From a virus: 64,000 nucleotides of DNA. Under the pieces are notes generated by a model. It saw only the letters and a list, made by a program, of their open reading frames with translations. It ran no database searches and was not told the origin of the DNA. Position 1 is the first letter of the stretch. The number at the start of each line of letters is the position of its first letter. The position numbers and the translations under genes were made by a program. Location of the stretch: positions 64,170 to 128,169 of IMG/VR virus record IMGVR_UViG_3300025151_003852. One strand, written 5' to 3'. Shown in pieces: positions 61,069-64,000 of the stretch.

Positions 61069-61096
61069 ATATCATATTTATTCAGTAAATAGATGT

Positions 61097-61531
61097 ATGC
61101 AATTAAACTTTATCTTTCCAAAAGACATCACTGACCCTAACAAATGCAATGTAGCACGTGCAATTTGTGATGGTGTTGCAGAGATGATATCTTTGCCTGA
61201 CACACTTACAATAGAGTTCTCGTTTATGCCTCAGAATGTATATGGCGATTCTACATTAGATAACAAAAGTAATAAACTAGTAAGGTTAAATATAGAGTTG
61301 CGAGTACAAGATATAATGATTCCTTTAGTACATGAGTTGATACATGTCAATCAAATGCACGAAGGTAAGTTGATGATAACAGAAGATGGTATTTTTATTT
61401 GGGATACTGTGCCCTATGAAGTCGATTTAATAAACATACATTATAAAGACTATCAGATGCTACCCTGGGAAGCAGACGTTAGACACAGACAGCCTAAGGT
61501 GCTACGAGAACTACTTAAATCTTACAAGTGA
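61097..61531 (+). CDS. HExxH putative metallopeptidase
   Basis: LVHELIHVNQ...G.L...Y..LPWE; start reassigned to ATG 61097. Confidence 0.7.
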   Translation: MQLNFIFPKDITDPNKCNVARAICDGVAEMISLPDTLTIEFSFMPQNVYGDSTLDNKSNKLVRLNIELRVQDIMIPLVHELIHVNQMHEGKLMITEDGIFIWDTVPYEVDLINIHYKDYQMLPWEADVRHRQPKVLRELLKSYK

Positions 61532-62387
61532 TCGATGTAGTATCTACATAATCAGATAACGAAATTCCATATCTTTCGCATTCAGTAATTTTATCTTCTT
61601 TCGTCATCGTGGGCCATTCTCTACTTTTAAGTAATAGAGTTTCTGTATCTCTACTATCTAGCCAGTCCAGTCTAAACACATTAGGGCGTACCATATGAGC
61701 ATTACACCAGTCTTGTATACAAACAATCATCGGAGTGTGAAGGTTAGATACAACGTACTCTCGTATTTCTATCTGAGTTCCCGGACCGTTGCCATTTGTG
61801 TATATACAATAGTCTGAATGATATCGCATGTTAAATATTTCAAACTCATCACTTCTCATATACATAAACCAATCTTGCATTGCAATATCTAATTCATTTG
61901 TTCCGGCATTTGTTTGCAGTTCTAATCCTGAAAAGTATATCGTGTTAGGATCAGGATAAGTTACAGATAAATCGTTACCGGCATCTTCTCCCCAAAGGAT
62001 TTTATTTCTAGTAGGTAAAACATCAGGTCTAGAATCAAAAATACAGTCATACTTTGTACCTAAACGTTTTTCTTGTCTTCTAATATGAGGCAACATTATC
62101 ATATTCATATACGGAGGTCCAAGATGTCCGTTATAATACTCGCCTTCTTTTTCTCCTTCGGATAGTTCTGCGTTATGCATTGAATGACCAAGAATATGAA
62201 AGTGTATTAAATTTTGATTTGTAAATGATTCTTCAACGCCTTCAGTATTAGAGGTGTCCCAAGTTATAAAATAATAGTCAACATTGTCTGCAATTTGATT
62301 ATAGAAGTCAAATACTTTTGGTGCATTAAAATGCCATGTTCGCACATGTCCTCTTAGCACTACAGCAATGTTTTTCATTTTCTTCAT
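61515..62387 (-). CDS. Hypothetical protein, possibly glycosyltransferase-related
   Basis: IAV.L.G..R, D.Y..TW, YD.....RPD, D.F motifs. Confidence 0.45.
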   Translation of the reverse strand: MKKMKNIAVVLRGHVRTWHFNAPKVFDFYNQIADNVDYYFITWDTSNTEGVEESFTNQNLIHFHILGHSMHNAELSEGEKEGEYYNGHLGPPYMNMIMLPHIRRQEKRLGTKYDCIFDSRPDVLPTRNKILWGEDAGNDLSVTYPDPNTIYFSGLELQTNAGTNELDIAMQDWFMYMRSDEFEIFNMRYHSDYCIYTNGNGPGTQIEIREYVVSNLHTPMIVCIQDWCNAHMVRPNVFRLDWLDSRDTETLLLKSREWPTMTKEDKITECERYGISLSDYVDTTSITCKI

Positions 62388-62623
62388 CGTCTTTTCTTTT
62401 TAGTCTTCTTTACAGTTTTTCTCTTTATGGGCGACAATTCGTTAACATAATCCCAATCTTCTCTGAACATACAAAAACGTCTGTTCTTGTCTACTGTTTC
62501 ATAGACAAATTGCATTGCTAACAACTGTACAACTTTACCTTCAAATCTGCCGTTAAGTTTACATATGTGATATATTAAGTCTCCTACTTGCGGATTCTTT
62601 TTGCTTTTCTTTTTAATTACCAT
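62384..62623 (-). CDS. Small basic hypothetical protein
   Basis: Coupled to neighbouring genes by overlaps. Confidence 0.55.
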   Translation of the reverse strand: MVIKKKSKKNPQVGDLIYHICKLNGRFEGKVVQLLAMQFVYETVDKNRRFCMFREDWDYVNELSPIKRKTVKKTKKKRR

Positions 62624-63468
62624 AGTCCTCTTTCGTTACAATGTTTATATAAATATTCAGCCCAGTGTTTGTGTCCTTCAGCACTAGGATGAAAAATAAT
62701 AAAAACTTCTTCGGCAGTCCCTTTAGTTAGCATATGTTGCCATGCTGTTGTATCTCTTATAAATGATTTATTATCTATGGCTTCCCAAAGTGTTTTATCA
62801 CCCGGGGTAATCTTATTAAAGTTCTTTTCGTATTCTTCATCGTCCCATTGATAAATCATTTTTTCATGGTGATGATAAAATGCTTGATGCATAACAAACT
62901 TAATGTTATACATTTCTAATATCTTTGACATCTGCCAAACTTGATTAATGTGTCTATGAATAAACTCAGACTCTGACCAAAACTTATCAAAGTATAAACG
63001 AAAGAATTTATTTAAATCTTCATCTCCTTCATGGTCTTGATCCATACTCCAGGGTCCGAAAGGAATATAATGATCGTCAAAGCCCGTATCACTATGTCGC
63101 CAAGGCTTTCTAGTATAAAATTCTCTACGTTCAGGACTAGTCCAACCTATAGATATGAATAAGTCCGCAGTATCTCTACCTGTAAGATACCCTTCTGTAG
63201 ACAACCATTCTATCAATCTTCTAGTTATCGAATCATTTGATAATGATGGATCACTTAAATCAATTAGTTCAACGTGTCTTCCTTCATCATATAACATGTC
63301 TGCAAGACGATTAATGTATCTATTCTTTAATCTATATTCTATGTTCTCTGGTATGCTTTGTCGTTCAAATCCGCCCCCGGGCAAATTCATAATTGGTTCT
63401 GGATCTATAGCAGGGTCTACTAACTCTGCACCCCAACACCAACTATCACCACAACCTACTAATCTCAT
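62617..63468 (-). CDS. SGNH/GDSL-like protein
   Basis: GDSW..G.E, SN..I.R, IGWT...R.E, C-terminal HPS.EGH..WA. Confidence 0.6.
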   Translation of the reverse strand: MRLVGCGDSWCWGAELVDPAIDPEPIMNLPGGGFERQSIPENIEYRLKNRYINRLADMLYDEGRHVELIDLSDPSLSNDSITRRLIEWLSTEGYLTGRDTADLFISIGWTSPERREFYTRKPWRHSDTGFDDHYIPFGPWSMDQDHEGDEDLNKFFRLYFDKFWSESEFIHRHINQVWQMSKILEMYNIKFVMHQAFYHHHEKMIYQWDDEEYEKNFNKITPGDKTLWEAIDNKSFIRDTTAWQHMLTKGTAEEVFIIFHPSAEGHKHWAEYLYKHCNERGLW

Positions 63469-63920
63469 CCTCTCATCACTTTAATCTTTTGTACGTAATC
63501 ACTACAGATGCCCGCACATTTTACGTCTATTGTATTCTGCAATGATTCGTCATCAACTTCAGGCATAACCATAATACTACGTCCTGAAAGTTCTTTGCCT
63601 ATGTTTGTCCATATATACTTTTTGTTTGTTAAAGTATAGTCATCATTCTCATGCCAAAACGAATTTGTTTCATTTAATTCTATTCCACCAAAGAAACGCA
63701 ATGCATCTATATTTTTGCAATGTAACCAGCATCTTTTATTTAAGTCTAGTAATGTTCCTTTATACTGAGGTTCATCATGTCCATAAAATATCTCTCCGTC
63801 GACTACCCACACATCAATTTCTACATCAAAGCCCGCTTGTAATGCTTCTCTTATATGATCAGGATGATTTTCTAATGCAGACGGCCCGTTCATATTTCCT
63901 CTGTGTGCTATAAGTTTCAT
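63465..63920 (-). CDS. PLC-like / glycerophosphodiester phosphodiesterase-fold protein
   Basis: MKLIAHRGN, EN, VEIDVW, GHD, W.HCKN, GICSDY; start at ATG 63920. Confidence 0.78.
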   Translation of the reverse strand: MKLIAHRGNMNGPSALENHPDHIREALQAGFDVEIDVWVVDGEIFYGHDEPQYKGTLLDLNKRCWLHCKNIDALRFFGGIELNETNSFWHENDDYTLTNKKYIWTNIGKELSGRSIMVMPEVDDESLQNTIDVKCAGICSDYVQKIKVMRG

Positions 63921-64000
63921 AATGTTTTTAATATTTCCCAAGTTTGTTTGTAGCCGTTATCTATTTTATAAGTAGTTCCTCTGTTTCTGGGCAATGCATC
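63917..64000 (-). CDS. 3' end of a gene continuing beyond the window
   Basis: DALPRNRGTTYKIDNGYKQTWEILKTL*, stop overlapping next ATG (ATGA). Confidence 0.5.
   Translation of the reverse strand, partial: DALPRNRGTTYKIDNGYKQTWEILKTL

Noticed and set aside
1-64000. Stop-codon reassignment
   Set aside because: Core genes are full length in code 11, TAG and TGA both terminate genes, and there is no suppressor tRNA among the four found

Overview
A 64 kb, AT-rich segment of a large T4-superfamily-like myovirus genome, most likely infecting a proteobacterium; the host is inferred from its iscU, fpr, ahpC and TIGR02001-type porin genes. It uses the standard genetic code. From left to right it carries inverted baseplate genes, a late sigma factor, gp47/gp46 nuclease, a radical SAM protein, a Holliday junction resolvase, and a ~480 bp non-coding structured region. 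Next come a gp26/gp51-like chaperone pair, a tape-measure-like protein, the head module (portal, protease, scaffold, major capsid) and five Gly/Asn/Thr-rich fibre genes. These are followed by nrdA/nrdB/glutaredoxin, PAAR, an auxiliary metabolic block (metK, iscU, ahpC, fpr, 4 tRNAs) and an accessory region of methyltransferases, a porin, micro-ORFs, proteases and oxygenases. Three signals stand out as unannotated. (1) A multi-stem plus-strand ncRNA at 9031-9370, followed by an AT-rich tract and a DNA-type tandem-GA/GAA hairpin. (2) A canonical -1 frameshift cassette fusing the gp26-like gene to a gp51-like frame that lacks an obvious start of its own. (3) A recurring TAAATA-N5-ATG arrangement implying leaderless late mRNAs. 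All product calls come from motif recognition and synteny, not database searches.
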